Source: Octopus sinensis (taxonomy: Eukaryota). From it: a DNA stretch of 64,000 nucleotides. Positions 24,156-37,170 of the stretch are shown piece after piece. The stretch spans positions 54,436,001 to 54,500,000 of the forward strand of contig NC_043012.1 in assembly GCF_006345805.1 (NCBI RefSeq). Direction: 5' to 3'. The notes under the pieces are model-generated. The model had not been told where the DNA came from and made no database searches. It saw nothing but the letters and a program-made list of their open reading frames with translations. Positions within the stretch are counted from its first letter, which is position 1. Every line of letters begins with the position of its first letter. The translations under genes and the position numbers were made by a program.

Positions 24156-26257
24156 CGTCTGGCCTCCGTGCCGGTGGCACGTAAAAAGCACCATCCGATC
24201 GTGGCCGTTTGCCAGCCTGGCCTGGCCTCCGTGCCGGTGACACGTAAAAAGCACCATCCAACCTTGGCCGTTTGCCAGACTTGTCTGGCACTTGTGCAGG
24301 TGGCACGTAAAAAGCACCCACTACACTCATGGAGTGGTTGGCGTTAGGAAGGGCATCCAGCCGTAGAAACATTGCCAGATCAGACTGGGCCTGGTGCAGC
24401 CTTCTGGCTTCCCAGACCCCAGTTGCACCGTCCAACCCATGCCAGCATGGAAAGCGGATGCTAAACGATGATGATGATGATGATGATATATATGTATATA
24501 GACAGACAGACTGATAGATACATATACATACATATCCATATAGACACACATTTGTGTTTGTGTGACTGTCAGGAAAATATATTTTGATGAAATTTATTTT
24601 TAAATCTTCAACCTTGCAGATCTCCTCTTTACTAGAATGTCCCCGTTCTTAGTTATATCAAAATTCTATTAGTTGAAGAGGAAACCTGCTTTGTTTCAGC
24701 TGTTACATTTCTTTCTTTCATCAGCACACATTACTTAAATGTAAATGTTTATCTTAACCAAACACCAGGACAATTTCTATTGAGAAAAGATGTCAATTGA
24801 AATATAAACCAGCAATACATTATAGCTGCCAAATTCACAACTCCACTACTACCTCATAGAAAAATATGAATACAGAACATAAGAGAGTATCTGTCGGTTA
24901 CAACAATGAGCATTCACATTACAACTAAAAGGCTGAGTATTTCACAGAGGAACTATAGCCTTAAATGTGACAAGGCCACTACATGCCACCTTGGGCAAGT
25001 GTCTTCTACTATAGCCCTGTAACAACCAAATCCTTGAGAGTAGATTTAGAGGATGAAAACTGAAAGAAGCTCATTGTATATTGCATGTTTATTTCATGTA
25101 TTTCCAATCAAGATGTCTGAGAAATGTGAATGAATTGTAATGTTATTATATATGTCACATAATAATAATAATAATCCTTTCTACTGTAGGTACAAGGCCT
25201 GAAAATTGGTGGGAGGGGACTAGTTGATTATACTGACCCCCAGTGTTTTACTAGTATTTAATTTATCAACCCCAAAAGGATGAAAGGTAAAGTCAACCTA
25301 GGCAGAATTTGAACACAAAACACAAAGACAGACGAAATGCCGCTATGCATTTTGCCAGTATATATAATAAGAAGAAGAGCACTCAGAGAGTGCAAACCTC
25401 CGCCAAGGCAACACCAATGTCCTCTCAACAATTAGCTGGAGATGATTTTTAAAATGGGAATATCTTAAATAAACTCAACAGCTCTCACAAACGAGAATAC
25501 TAAAAATGAACCTGACCACTCTTAAAAATTAAGTTAAAAAAAAACAGAAAAATAATCCAGAGTCCTTGTCTGGTACCAGATCGATTCCAAACTCTAATCA
25601 GTTTGTGCCAGTCATGAGGCCAAACATCCCTGAAATGCTTAGCGGTATTTCGTCTGCCGTTACGTTCTGAGTTCAAATTCCACCGAGGTCAACTTTGCCT
25701 TTCATCCTTTCGGGGTCGATTAAACAAGTACCAGTTACGCACTGGGGTTGATGTAATCGACTTAATTCCTTTGTCTGTTCTTGTTTGTTCCCTCTATGTT
25801 TAGCCCCTTGTGGGCAATAAAGAAATAAGAAATGAGGCTACAGTAGAAGATACTTGCCCAAGGTACCACACAGGAGGCCAAACCTGGAATTATATGGTTG
25901 AAAAGCAAACTTCTTAGCACACAGTCACATCTGTGTCTATGTAAACAATAGTTTCCTGACTTCAATCTTTAGCTTGCAGCTCACCATAACAGCATGTCCA
26001 GTTATCTTGCTATGTCTTGACATGTTGTTCAGTCTTTGTAAACAAAAGGCTTCATTATTCAACTGATAACATTTTTTTTTCTTTTCATAGGCACAAGAGT
26101 GGATGTGTGGTAAGTAGCTTGCTTACCAACCACATGGTTCTGGGTTCATTCCCACAGCATGGCACCTTGGGCAAGTGTCTTCTACTATAGCCTCAGGCTG
26201 ACCAAAGCTTTGTGAGTGGATTTGGTAGATGGAAACTGAAAGAAGCCCGTCGTATAT

Positions 26258-27443
26258 CATCATCATTGTTTAACGTCCACTTTCCATGCTAGCATGGGTT
26301 GGACGATTTGACTGAGGTCTGGCGAACCAGATAGCTGCACCAGACTCCCATCTGATCTGGCAGAGTTTCTACAGATGGATGCCCTTCCTAACACCAACCA
26401 CTCCAAGAGTGTATTGGGTGCTTTTACGTGCCACCGGCACAAGGGCCAGTCAGGTGGTACTGGCAATGGCCACACTCAAATGGTGCTTTTTATGTGCCAC
26501 CTGCACAGGAGCCAGTCCAGCGGTACTGGCAACGACCTCGCTCAAATGTTTTTTTACGTCCCACTAGCACAAGTGCTAGTAAGGCAACGCAGGTAACGAT
26601 CATGCTCAAATGGTGTTTTTAACGTGCCATTGGCTCGGAGGCCAGCTTGTTGCTCTGGCCCCGATCTCACTCATATGGTATTCTTAGCGCTCCACTAGCA
26701 CGGATGCCAGTCATCGAATTTGATTTCGATTTCACTTGCCTCAACAAGTCTTTGCAAGCAGAGTTTAGTGTCCAATGAAGGAAAGGCACGCATAAGTGGA
26801 CTGGTTACACCCCTGGCATAGGCCACAAGGTTATGGTCTCACTTGTGCTTGCCAAGTCTTCTCAAGCACAGCATATTTCCAGAGGTCCCGGTCACTAGTC
26901 ATTGCCTCAATGAGACCCAGTGTTTGAAGGTCATGCTTCACCACCTCATCCCAGGTCTTCCTGGGTCTACCTCTTCCACAGGTTCCCTCAACTGCTAGGG
27001 TGTGGCACTTTTTTACACAGCTATCAACATCCATTCTTGCCACATGACCATACCAGCGCAACCGTCTCTCTTGCACACCACATCTGATGCTTCTTAGGTC
27101 CAACCTTTCTCTCAGGGCACTAACACTCTGTCGAGTATGCACACTGACATTACACATCCATCGGAGCATGCTGGCTTCATTCCTTGCAAGCTTACGCATG
27201 TCCTCAGCAGCCACGGCCCATGTTTCACTGCCATGTAGCATGGCTGTTCGTACACATGCGTCGTACAGTCTACCTTTGTCACCACGAGAGGCCCTTTGTC
27301 ACCAGCAGAGGTAAGAGCTCTCTGAACTTAGCCCATGCTATTCTTATTCTAGCAGCTACACTTTCAGCACATCCTCCCCTGCTACTGACTTGGTCACCTA
27401 GGTAACGGAAGCTATCGACTACTTCTAGTTTTTCTCTCTGGAA
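26258..27443 (-). mobile_element. 5'-truncated RTE-clade LINE with 3' UTR and (GAT)n tail
   Basis: FRYLGDQVS...RIRIAWAKFRELLPLL, frameshift, then MLHGSETW...RRLRWYGHVARM...GRGRPRKTW, followed by a repeat-containing 3' UTR. Confidence 0.9.
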
Positions 27444-28242
27444 TGTGGTGGAATTTGTTCTCTGCACATTTTCAGTGTTATATGTATATGTATGTGTGTG
27501 TATATATTTGTGTGTCAGTGTTTGTCCCCTCAACATCGCTTGACAACTGATGCTGGTGTGTTTACGTCCCAGTAACTTAGTGGTTCGGCAAAAGAGACCG
27601 ATAGAATAAGTACTAGGCTTACAAAGAATAAGTCCTGGGGTCGATTTGCTTGACTAATGGCGATGCATCAGCATGGCCACACAGTCAAATGACTGAAACA
27701 AGTAAAAGAGTTCCTTCTGAAAAAATCATATGTCTGTGGTTTGACAAACAGAAGACCCTTCAAGCCAAGTGAAATCATAGTCGTGGCCCGATGCAAGTGT
27801 TGCATACCTGGCACAGGTGCCCTTAGCATGTAAAAAGCACCCTTCAAACTTTGGGTCTCACAGAGGTTATGACAAGTGATTGAGACCTTTGGGAATACAC
27901 CGGGCTTGAGAAGACCTACCAAACTAAGTGAGATTGTAGCCGTGGCAAATGCTGGTGTTTTGTGACTGACAGCCATGCCAGTGGCTTGTTAAAAGCACCC
28001 ACTACACTCTTGGGGTGGTTGGCATTAGGAAGGGCATCCAGCTGTAAAAACCATGCCAAATCAGGTTGAAACCTGGTGCAGCTCCCCAGCTTACCAGCTT
28101 CCAGTCAAACCATCCAACCCAAGCCAGCATGGAAAACAGACATTAAATGATGATGATGGCTGGCAGAGAGCATCTGGCTGTGAAAAAACAAAACCCTCTG
28201 CCCTAACAGACTCTCATCTGGCTTGGAAAAGTAGACAATATA

Positions 28243-28662
28243 GGTACAGGCATGACTGTGTGGTAAGAAGCTCATTTCCCAAGCACATGGTTCCAGGTTC
28301 AGTCCCACTGTGTAGCAATTTGGGTAAGTGTCTTCTACTATAGCCTCAGGCTGGCTAAAGCCTTGTGAATGGATTTGGTGGACAAAAACTAAAAGAAGCC
28401 CATTGTATATATGCATGTACGTGTGTGTGTGTATGTCTTTGTTTATTTGTTCCCCAACCACCACTCGACAACTGGTGTTGGTGTGTTTGCATCTTTGGAA
28501 CTTAGCAGTTCAGCAAAAGGGACTCATAGAATAAGTACCAGGCTTGTAAGTCCAAAAAAAAATAACAATAAGTATTGGAATCGATTCATTCAACTAAAAA
28601 TTCTTCCAGGTGGTGCCCCAGCATGGCCACAGTCTAATGACTGAAATAAGTAAAAGATAAAA
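28243..28662 (+). mobile_element. family B SINE
   Basis: Head, CORE-like block and tail as in other copies. Confidence 0.75.
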
Positions 28663-28983
28663 AAAGTTCATTCAACCAATGGCATTTGCTTTTGCTGCTG
28701 CTGCTGAATATTACACACAACCAACCCAACCGAAAAACCGAGGCTCAGACCTATTGGCAAGGTTGAGTAATATGGACAGGAGAGGATCCTAGCATGAGAC
28801 AAAGTGTTGAAATGATAAATGTTTTGGACACAGGCACAGAACAGTGCTGTTTAATGTCTTTGAACCAATAAATCATTCAGCTACCAGACTGAAACTTTTG
28901 TCAACATGACAAAGTGTGATTTTAGTAGATTGGTGAGTGAAAACATTTTTCATATTTTTTCTTTTCATCTCTTATCTCTTATT

Positions 28984-29022
<39 letters not shown>

Positions 29023-29023
<1 letters not shown>

Positions 29024-29249
29024 TTTATTTAAAGCAGCAGAAAATTCAACAAAACCTGTTACTCTGAGTTTCCCGTTGCCGTTCATTGGACAGTTTTTTC
29101 TAGCAAAAACTGTCCGATGAATGGCAACGGGAAACTCAGAGTAACAGGTTTTGTTGAATTTTCTGCTGCTTTAAATAAAGCATATTACTCTACCACTGGT
29201 ATTTGAGTACTCTTTTTTCCACCTTGTTTCACATTTATGTGTTTACTCC

Positions 29250-29251
<2 letters not shown>
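29023..29251. mobile_element. (TA)n-embedded element with a 158-bp palindrome carrying hammerhead-like folds on both strands
   Basis: 76-bp arms (29023-29098 and 29105-29180) with 2 mismatches; CCGATGA...GAAAC-tcaga-GTA motif with stem I CTGT/ACAG. Confidence 0.6.
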
Positions 29252-29288
<37 letters not shown>

Positions 29289-29300
<12 letters not shown>

Positions 29301-29651
29301 GGCAAAATGTTTGTCTGTGTATGTATCCTTTATACAAATCCACAATTTTTCAGTTAGAGGGCTCACACTTTCTATAGTCATTCAAAACCGGCCAAGGGCA
29401 GTCGTGCACATCTTTACATTTCCCCAGTCACCTCGCAAAGCCATTAAAAAATCAATAGAAGTGACTTTTTTGTGAATTTTCTATCCAAAATCCAATCAAA
29501 ATGCCCGAAACTTGATACGCCAATTGAATGCCAGCTAGCTGTATGTGATTGGTCGGAGATTTGGACAGTACTCGTGTGTATGTGTGCACGCATGCAGCTG
29601 TATATGCATGCACTAGCACTATGACGCGGCAATGCCGGGTCATAGTGCTAG
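29289..29651 (+). mobile_element. Helitron H1 copy
   Basis: Same body as 1159-1529. Ends in palindrome+CTAG|T, 49 bp from the STOML1 exon 6 donor. The 5' end merges into (TA)n. Confidence 0.82.
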
Positions 29652-29700
29652 TTAACTAATAATTAATGAAAGCAGTTACAGAAATATTTCTGATACTTAC

Positions 29701-29756
29701 AGTTCACAGCGACTAATCTCTACTCCCCAGCAAAGTGTTGTCTTGTTGCATTCATC
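29701..29756 (-). CDS. STOML1: STOML1 exon 6 (SPFH)
   Basis: ttttctttcag acceptor, gtaagt donor, 56 nt. Encodes DECNKTTLCWGVEISRCE, matching the stomatin WG(V/I)EV.RVE motif. Confidence 0.92.
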
Positions 29757-30655
29757 CTGAAAGAAAATGTTATTCTATGATTTAAGCAAGTAAAAAAATT
29801 TTTATGTGGATTGTGAAACAAATCTACTTCCTTGTTTCTATTTGAAACTGAAATGGGAATTTTGATTAAAATAGGCCTTCTAACCCATTGGGTTTGAAAT
29901 TTCAAATTAATAAAACGTAATTGAAAATCATCATCATCATCAATGTCCATCTTCCATGCTGGCATGAGTTGGACAGTTTGACAGGAGCTGGCCAGGCTAC
30001 TAGGTCTGTTTTGGCATGGCTTTTACAGCTGGATGCCCTTCCTAACACCAACCACTTCACAGTAGGCATGGGTTGGACAGTTTGACAGGAGGTGGCCAGG
30101 CTACCAAGGTCAGTTTTGGCATGGTTTTTACAGCTGGACACACTCCCAAATGCCAACCACTTCACAGTGTGGACTGGATGCTTTTTATGTGACACCAGCA
30201 CCAGTGGGGTCACCAAGTAACATGCAAGACATGGAAGTTAATAATGAAAGAAACTTTTTAAACTGGAATTTCAAATGACAAAAAGAACAAAGTGAACATA
30301 CATAGGCACAGGAATGGTTGTGAGGTAAGAAGTTTGCTTCCCAACCAGACCCACTGTGTGACACTATGGGCAAATTTTTTTCGTAATGAGATAAGAAACC
30401 AAGGCTGTTTAGATTTTAGAACATTTGTAGACAGGTCTTCTTCTGTCTATAAATGTTCTAAAATCTACACAGCCTTGGATTTTTATCTTATTAGGAAAAA
30501 AAATTTTTATATACACACGCTGACACATGACCAACATTGAACCCGTTATTTGCATAATCACTGAACCTAGAACTTAACTATGGTCTATCTATAGCACTTA
30601 TTCAGCATTACCTGACACCTTTGGGTCTCAATGACACCATTACCACTCATAACCT

Positions 30656-30702
<47 letters not shown>

Positions 30703-30708
<6 letters not shown>

Positions 30709-31972
30709 ACAAAAACCCATGTAATTTGCGCACCTGTGTAATTTATGCAGGTGATTTGGTGATTTTCAGAATAAAATTTGTTAAATAAAGCTTCTACTCA
30801 TGTAAAATTCACACCTAAAAGTTTTCAGAATTGTTGATATGGCCAGGGGAAAAAGGTTTTCATTTTAGTTGTATTTAGCATAATTTTACTTACTTATGAT
30901 TAGTTTTTATTAAATTTTCATTAAATGAAAATAATTTCTGTTTAACAGGTATCACATTGAAAGTTATTAAATTACAAAGTGTTTGTGTTGTTTATCATAA
31001 ACTTTATTTTACATTTCTTGCCCACAAGAGATTATGTCCATAATCTTTAGCATACTGCTGTTTGTCTTCTCAAATCATAATCACCGGAAAAGCTGTTGAT
31101 AAGAATTACCAACAAAAACAAAGCTGATAAATATGCACAGGTGTTGCAAAGTAAGTTGAATTACCAATAAACATCAGCTTGGATGACACTTTACTCAACT
31201 GACAGAGGAAGGTGACCAGTCAAACTGATTATGTAAACAGAATTCTTTTCTACCTATTCGTTGGAAACTTTGATACAGAGCATCTAAATTTTAATCCCTT
31301 TTCACACTTATAAAATTTCTTATCACCATTATTGTCACTAGGGAAGAACTTATGAATCATTTACTGTGAAGGAGAAATTAAATATGTTGAATATGCACTT
31401 GAACGTGGCAATAAAGCTGCCAGAAGGCATTTTGATGCTAATGAAGCAAATGTTTGAAATTGGTGTAAACAGTAGGACAAACTTAAAACTGTGCCTAGTA
31501 ATAAACAGACAAAAATAAAGACATACAATCAAGATTATCCATATCATAACATTTTTTTTCCAGTCAGGAATATCCATATCATTATGTGTATGTCAATGGT
31601 GCTCCATTGCGATAGGTAGAAACTCCAAGCAATCTAAAATATGGCCTGGACTGTGTTTACCAGCACTTGAATGTCAGACTTCAAAAAGTAGTTGGCCATT
31701 TAAAGGTTTTAATAAATTTATACAGAAAAATTAAGCATTATACCATCCAGCATAAATAAAAGTCAACTTCATTATATTTAAGCCCTTATTTTTTCTGTGA
31801 AAACCTATTCTGACACTAAATGAGCCAACTTTCGGTACGAATGTTTATATTCTGTATGTCTTTTTTCAACAAAAAAATCTGGAAATGGTCTGCTCATGTA
31901 ATTTATGCAACACCCTAAAGTTTATTTTTATTTTTGCGAAAAAAAGTGCATAAATTACATGGATTTTTACAG
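30703..31972 (+). mobile_element. decayed pogo-superfamily (Passer/POGK-like) DNA transposon
   Basis: TIR aaaaacccatgtaatttgcgcac / gtgcataaattacatggatttttacag|TA. Disrupted N-terminal HTH FTVKEKLN/VEYALERGNKAARRHFDANEANV*NWCKQ at 31360-31484. Confidence 0.65.
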
Positions 31973-31985
31973 TATATATATTGAC

Positions 31986-32037
<52 letters not shown>

Positions 32038-32351
32038 CTAGATATAGATATAGGTATGCATGTGTATAATGTCTTAATGTCAGTGTACGTCTTAGTGTCC
32101 CCATGACCACTTGACAACCAATGTTGGGGGTTTATGTCCCTGTAACTTAGCGGTTCAGCAAAAGAATAAACACCACACTTGAGAAAAAAAGGTAAGTACT
32201 AGGGTCGATTCATTCAACTGAAAATTCTTGGAGGCAGTGCCCCAGCATGGCCACAGTCAAATAACTGAAATAAGTAAAAGAAAAAATTATAAAAAATACA
32301 AACTGATTTGTATTTTTTGTGTAATTTAAAATTTTACTCTGCTTTGTGACA

Positions 32352-32690
32352 GGCATGGCTATGTGGTAAGTAGCTTGCTTACCAACCACATGGTTCTGGG
32401 TTCAGTCCCACTGCGTGGCACCCTGTGCAAGTGTCCTCTACTATAGCCTCGGGCTGACCAAAGCCTTGTGAATGGATTTGGTAGACAGAAACTGAAAAAA
32501 GCCCATTGCATGTGTGTGTGGTGTGTGTGTATGTTTGTGCCCTCAACATCACTTGGCTACCGATGCTTGCTGGTGTGTTTATGTCTCCGTAACTTAGCAG
32601 TTTGGCAAAGAGACCGATAGAATAAGTACTAGTCTTACAAAGAATAAGTTCTGGGATCGATTTGTTCGACAAAAAGCGGTGCTCCAGCAT
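32352..32690 (+). mobile_element. family B SINE
   Basis: As for other copies. Confidence 0.8.
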
Positions 32691-32822
32691 TGAAATGTTA
32701 GAATCTTCCAAGTTCCTTCAAGTTTTCCTTTTTGCCATTTCCTTCTTGTTGGAACACAGTATTTGGAAAATTAAGAGTTATTAGCAACACCTGTTGCAGG
32801 TTTAATTCTACTTAAAACATAC

Positions 32823-33026
32823 CTGTACTACAGTTGCGATAGGAGATCTCTGTTGTTCTATTTCTTCCAAGGTTTTCTTTGCTAGTAGTTTCACCAAGGT
32901 CAGTTGTACTAGGAGTCTTACAGAATGATTGTGGTCCTGAACACAAGCTACAGACTTCTGCACGTTGACAATACGAATATAAATATTTGCACCAATCTCA
33001 ATTGCTGCACCATCAGAAACAAGAAT
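32823..33026 (-). CDS. STOML1: STOML1 exon 5 (SPFH)
   Basis: cttctttatag acceptor, gtatgt donor, 204 nt. Encodes ILVSDGAAIEIGANIYIRIVNVQKSVACVQDHNHSVRLLVQLTLVKLLAKKTLEEIEQQRSPIATVVQ. Confidence 0.92.
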
Positions 33027-33984
33027 CTATAAAGAAGATAAATGGTTTAGACTTACAATTTTAAAAAAAATCATAATTATATTGTTTGTTTAAGAATTGA
33101 CATTGCAGGGTTGGTGTAAGAAGCCAAATCTTGACAGTTTGAACTAAAAACAGAATATTTTGGCTGGTTTAACCATTTAGCATTCAAATGTAATGATTAT
33201 TCATTCACATGTAGAATATTTGGTCTGGATATGGCTGGATTAAATACTAAAGGGTTAAAACTTAGTGGAGGCCCAACTTTGCATATAGGACCTGGTTAGT
33301 GGCATAGCTAATGGGGAGCAAGGGGAACGACTGCTCTCTCTCAGCACATTTTTCAAAGTTGGCCCCTTTTTAACAATTTTTTAAAATTCTTTAGTCCACT
33401 TGTGCAATAAAAGTCAAATCCCTTTTTTTTTTTGCCAGCCTCGCCTGGTCCCCATGCCGGTGACACGTAAAAAGCACCATCCAATCGTGGCCGTTTTCCA
33501 CCCTCGTCTGGCACCTGTGCCGGTGGCACATAAAAAGCACCCACTACACTCATGGAGTGGTTGGTGTTAGGAAGGGCATCCAGCTGTAGAAACATTGCCA
33601 GATCAGACTGGGCCTGGTGCAGCCTTCTGGCTCCCCAGACCCCAATTGAACCGTCCAACCCATGCTAGCATAGAAAGCGGATGCTAAACAATGATGAATC
33701 ACATGGCCTTGGAAGAACTTTGGGGAGCCATTACTTTATTTGACCAACTTTCAGTGTTTTTGAACTGTTGCTCAATCTTCTGTGATGTGTTGGTGGCTGC
33801 TGACATCAGAAGAACAGAAACAAAACTTAACGTCATAACATCTCAACTCTGGATAATCCATGGAATTTCATCTTTTATGCATCACACCTACATGAGTAGT
33901 TGTAAATTTCATACACAATAGCATTGTTACTGAAGCATGAAACTAATGAATGTAGAATACAATAACATATATTATACCTAACGA

Positions 33985-34626
33985 ATCACAATCGAGGGGG
34001 CACCTGTGGAGGACGTTAGTGAGTTTGTCTATCTTGGCAGCAAGATCAGCAAATCACATGGATCAGATGAGGACATCACGGCAAGAAGCAAGAAAGCTTG
34101 GCAAGCCTTCACTATTCTTCAGCCGGTATGAAAGTCCACTGCTATCTCAACTCGAACTAAACTCCGCTTATTTAGTTCAAACGTAAAATCTGTGCTTTTG
34201 TATGGCTCTGAAACATGGAGAGCCACATGCAGCAACTACAAGAAGATCCAGACCTTCATCAACAAATGTCTCCGGCAGATCCTCCATCTGAAGCAGTTCG
34301 ACAGAGTGCCAAACACCGACATGTGGAAAGGGCCAACCAGGAGCCCATACATGTTCAGATTAGACGAAAGAAATGGAGATGGATGGGACAAACACTGCAG
34401 AAAGAACCCTCAAATGTGACCTGACAAGCACTTGACTGGAACCAGCAGGGGAAAAGGAAGCGAGGACGCCCAAAGCAGACATGGAAGTAGAGCATTTTGG
34501 ACGAGCTCAGGACCACCAGTCTGACATGGGAAGCAGCCAAGAAACACGCCAATGACTGCAAAAAGTGGAAAACAACTGTCAAGGCCCTATGCTCTACAAG
34601 GGAAAAAGGGTTAAGAAGAAGAAGAA
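33985..34626 (+). mobile_element. 5'-truncated RTE-clade LINE (a second subfamily), disrupted
   Basis: EDVSEFVYLGSKI...TKLRLFSSNVKSVLLYGSETW...FINKCLRQIL...RKWRWMGQTL; (AAG)n tail. Confidence 0.9.
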
Positions 34627-34949
34627 TATCTAACGAAATATATTTTGTGTAATACAAGAGAAATGAGTTAAAAATTGTTCGGTATGTATTATGGTGCCTT
34701 TTTTTGTATGTGCTTGCTCTTGCAAACTTTAGATCCTGGCTATGCCTCTGAGCCTTGTATGATCTTTTTGGAAAAGAGGGTATCTTACATGCCACTGAAT
34801 ATGATAATTACTATACTTGATGTTAGAATCTATTTCTTCATTAGTATATTTTTGCAATTATTTGTGGTTAGGCATCTGTCCTAAACAGTTAAAATTAAAC
34901 CTTAAGACTACTATTCAAAGTTAAACTTTCATTTAATGTAATACTATAC

Positions 34950-35032
34950 CTGTTGAGGTGGAACATTAAAAGCCTTTGTCCTCATGTCAACAGAATGGCA
35001 TCGGTCAATCCATGGAAGGAAAAATACAAAAC
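34950..35032 (-). CDS. STOML1: STOML1 exon 4 (SPFH)
   Basis: tctttaag acceptor, gtatag donor, 83 nt. Encodes FVFFLPWIDRCHSVDMRTKAFNVPPQQ; RTxAFNVPP is typical of STOML1. Confidence 0.95.
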
Positions 35033-36059
35033 CTTAAAGAGAAAAACAAAATTTTTAACTGATAGGCTAGATGTATAATCATGTTTATTTAAGTGATATC
35101 TTAAATGCAATTGTGTGTGTGTGTTTGTATGGTCATCATCATCATTTTCATGTCCCCTTTTCCATGCATAACTGGTGCAGTGAAGCAGTTTGTCTATGGC
35201 TGGATGCCTTTCCTGTTGCTAACCCTAATCTGTTTCCAAGCAATATATTTTCACACAGCTGAAAATATATTCTGAGAAAAATTGAAATGACTAACACTGC
35301 TCACATGATGGTAATGCTCATTTATAACTGCTGTGCAATGCCAAAGCAAGAGGTATGAACACACACACACACATGCATATATGCACACACACACACACAT
35401 GCATATCTGCACACATACAAACACACACACATATATATGCAGACATACAAACAACACATATACAACAAGCTTCTTTCAGTTCCCATTTACCGAATCTAGG
35501 CTTCGGTCAACCAAAGGCTATAGTAGAAAACACTTGCCTAAGGAACTACACAGTGGGACTGAAACTGGATCCATGTGGTTGTGAGGCAAATTTCTTAACC
35601 ACGTAGTTCTGGTTCAGTTCCATCATGCAATCCCTTAGACATGTGTTTTCTACTATAGCCTGAGGCTGTCGAAAACCTTACTGAGTAGATTTGGTAGATG
35701 GAAACTGGAAGAAGCTTGTTGTGTGTGTGTGTGTGTGAGTGTGTGTCTTTGTACCTGCATTTGTCCCCCACCACTGCTTGACAACCGGGATTGGTGCGTT
35801 TACATTCCCATAGTTTAGCAGTTCAGCAAAAGGGGCCAATAGAATAGGTACCAGGCTTAGAAAGAAAAATTATTCATTTGACTAAAAATTCTTCAAGGCA
35901 ATGCCCCAGCATGGCCACAGTCTAATGACTGCAACAAGTAAAAGATAAAAGAGAAAAAGATAAGATATATATATAATACACACACACATACATATATACA
36001 CATATATAGGTAATGGTAAAGACTCCATCCAGTCATGAAAATGACCATGGGACTGCACC

Positions 36060-36431
36060 TAGAAAGTTCCTGCTCCTATTCCTCTACCTCTTCTTCCTCC
36101 TCCTATTCCTTTTCCGCCTCCTTTTCCACCATCTCTCCTCCCTCCTATTCCTCTGCCTCCCCTATTCCTTCACCTCCACTTCTTTTTTAGTCAAATGAAT
36201 CATTTTTTTTTGCTAAGCCTGGTACCTATTCTATTGTTCCCTTTTGCTGAACTGCTAAACTACGGGGATGTAAACACACCAACCCCGGTTGTCAAGCAGT
36301 GGTGGGGGACAAATGCAGATACAAAGACACACACACACACACGCACACACACAACAAGCTTCTTCCAGTTTCCATCTACCAAATCTACTCAGTAAGGCTT
36401 TTGGCAGCCTCAGGCTATAGTAGAAAGTTCC
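36060..36431. other. composite, locally templated insertion flanked by an 11-bp direct repeat
   Basis: tagaaagttcc at 36060-36070 and 36421-36431. The insert is an inverted copy of 38360-38487 joined to an inverted copy of 35647-35888. Confidence 0.75.
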
Positions 36432-36836
36432 CCTCCAAGGCCCAAGTCCAGGCAAGGTTGTTTATGGAATACCAGCAGTCAACCATGTACACCAACATCC
36501 CCTCTCCATGCCATGAGAAGGGCAAATACTACTACAGCTTGGCACTAGTGTCATTGCAACTCATTTCTATAGGTGACCAAACTGGAGCAACATAAAATAA
36601 AATGTCTTACTCAAGAACACAACACAAAGCCCAGTCCGGTAATCAAACTCATTACCTCATGATTGTGAGTCCGACGCTCTAACCACTGAGCCATGTGCCT
36701 TCAATATATGAGTGAGTGTGTGTGTGTGTGTGTGTACAGAGAGACAGACAGAGGCAGAAGACAAACAAACAATGGCAAGAGTGGCTGTGGTGATGACAAC
36801 AGCAACAACAGTGAAAATGATACGAAAACAACTTAC

Positions 36837-36903
36837 CTGGTCCTTTAGTTTTCAACATTAAACCAAGCCGAAAAATAACAAGTCTTTCATAGTTAGGTAC
36901 TCT
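36837..36903 (-). CDS. STOML1: STOML1 exon 3
   Basis: tatttacag acceptor, gtaagt donor, 67 nt. Encodes RVPNYERLVIFRLGLMLKTKGP (stomatin YER.VIFRLG...GPG motif). Confidence 0.95.
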
Positions 36904-37170
36904 CTGTAAATAAGTATAAGTACAAAGTTTACAATTTGAAATGAGCTGGACAAAACAGACAGTGGTCATAGACTTTTTAGACTATTGTTTCTCGAGGCAG
37001 ACTGAGGCAAGATTTTGGTGGGGCACAGGTTACTTCAGAATGAGGTGTAAGTAAATAACAAGTAAAATTTCAATTAAAACTTCTTTTGAATGTACTCTCA
37101 GCTGGCAAAACTGAGTTGTACCTGTATTTCAAAGCACCAGCCTTGTCACACTCCCTCTAAACTAAGTTAA

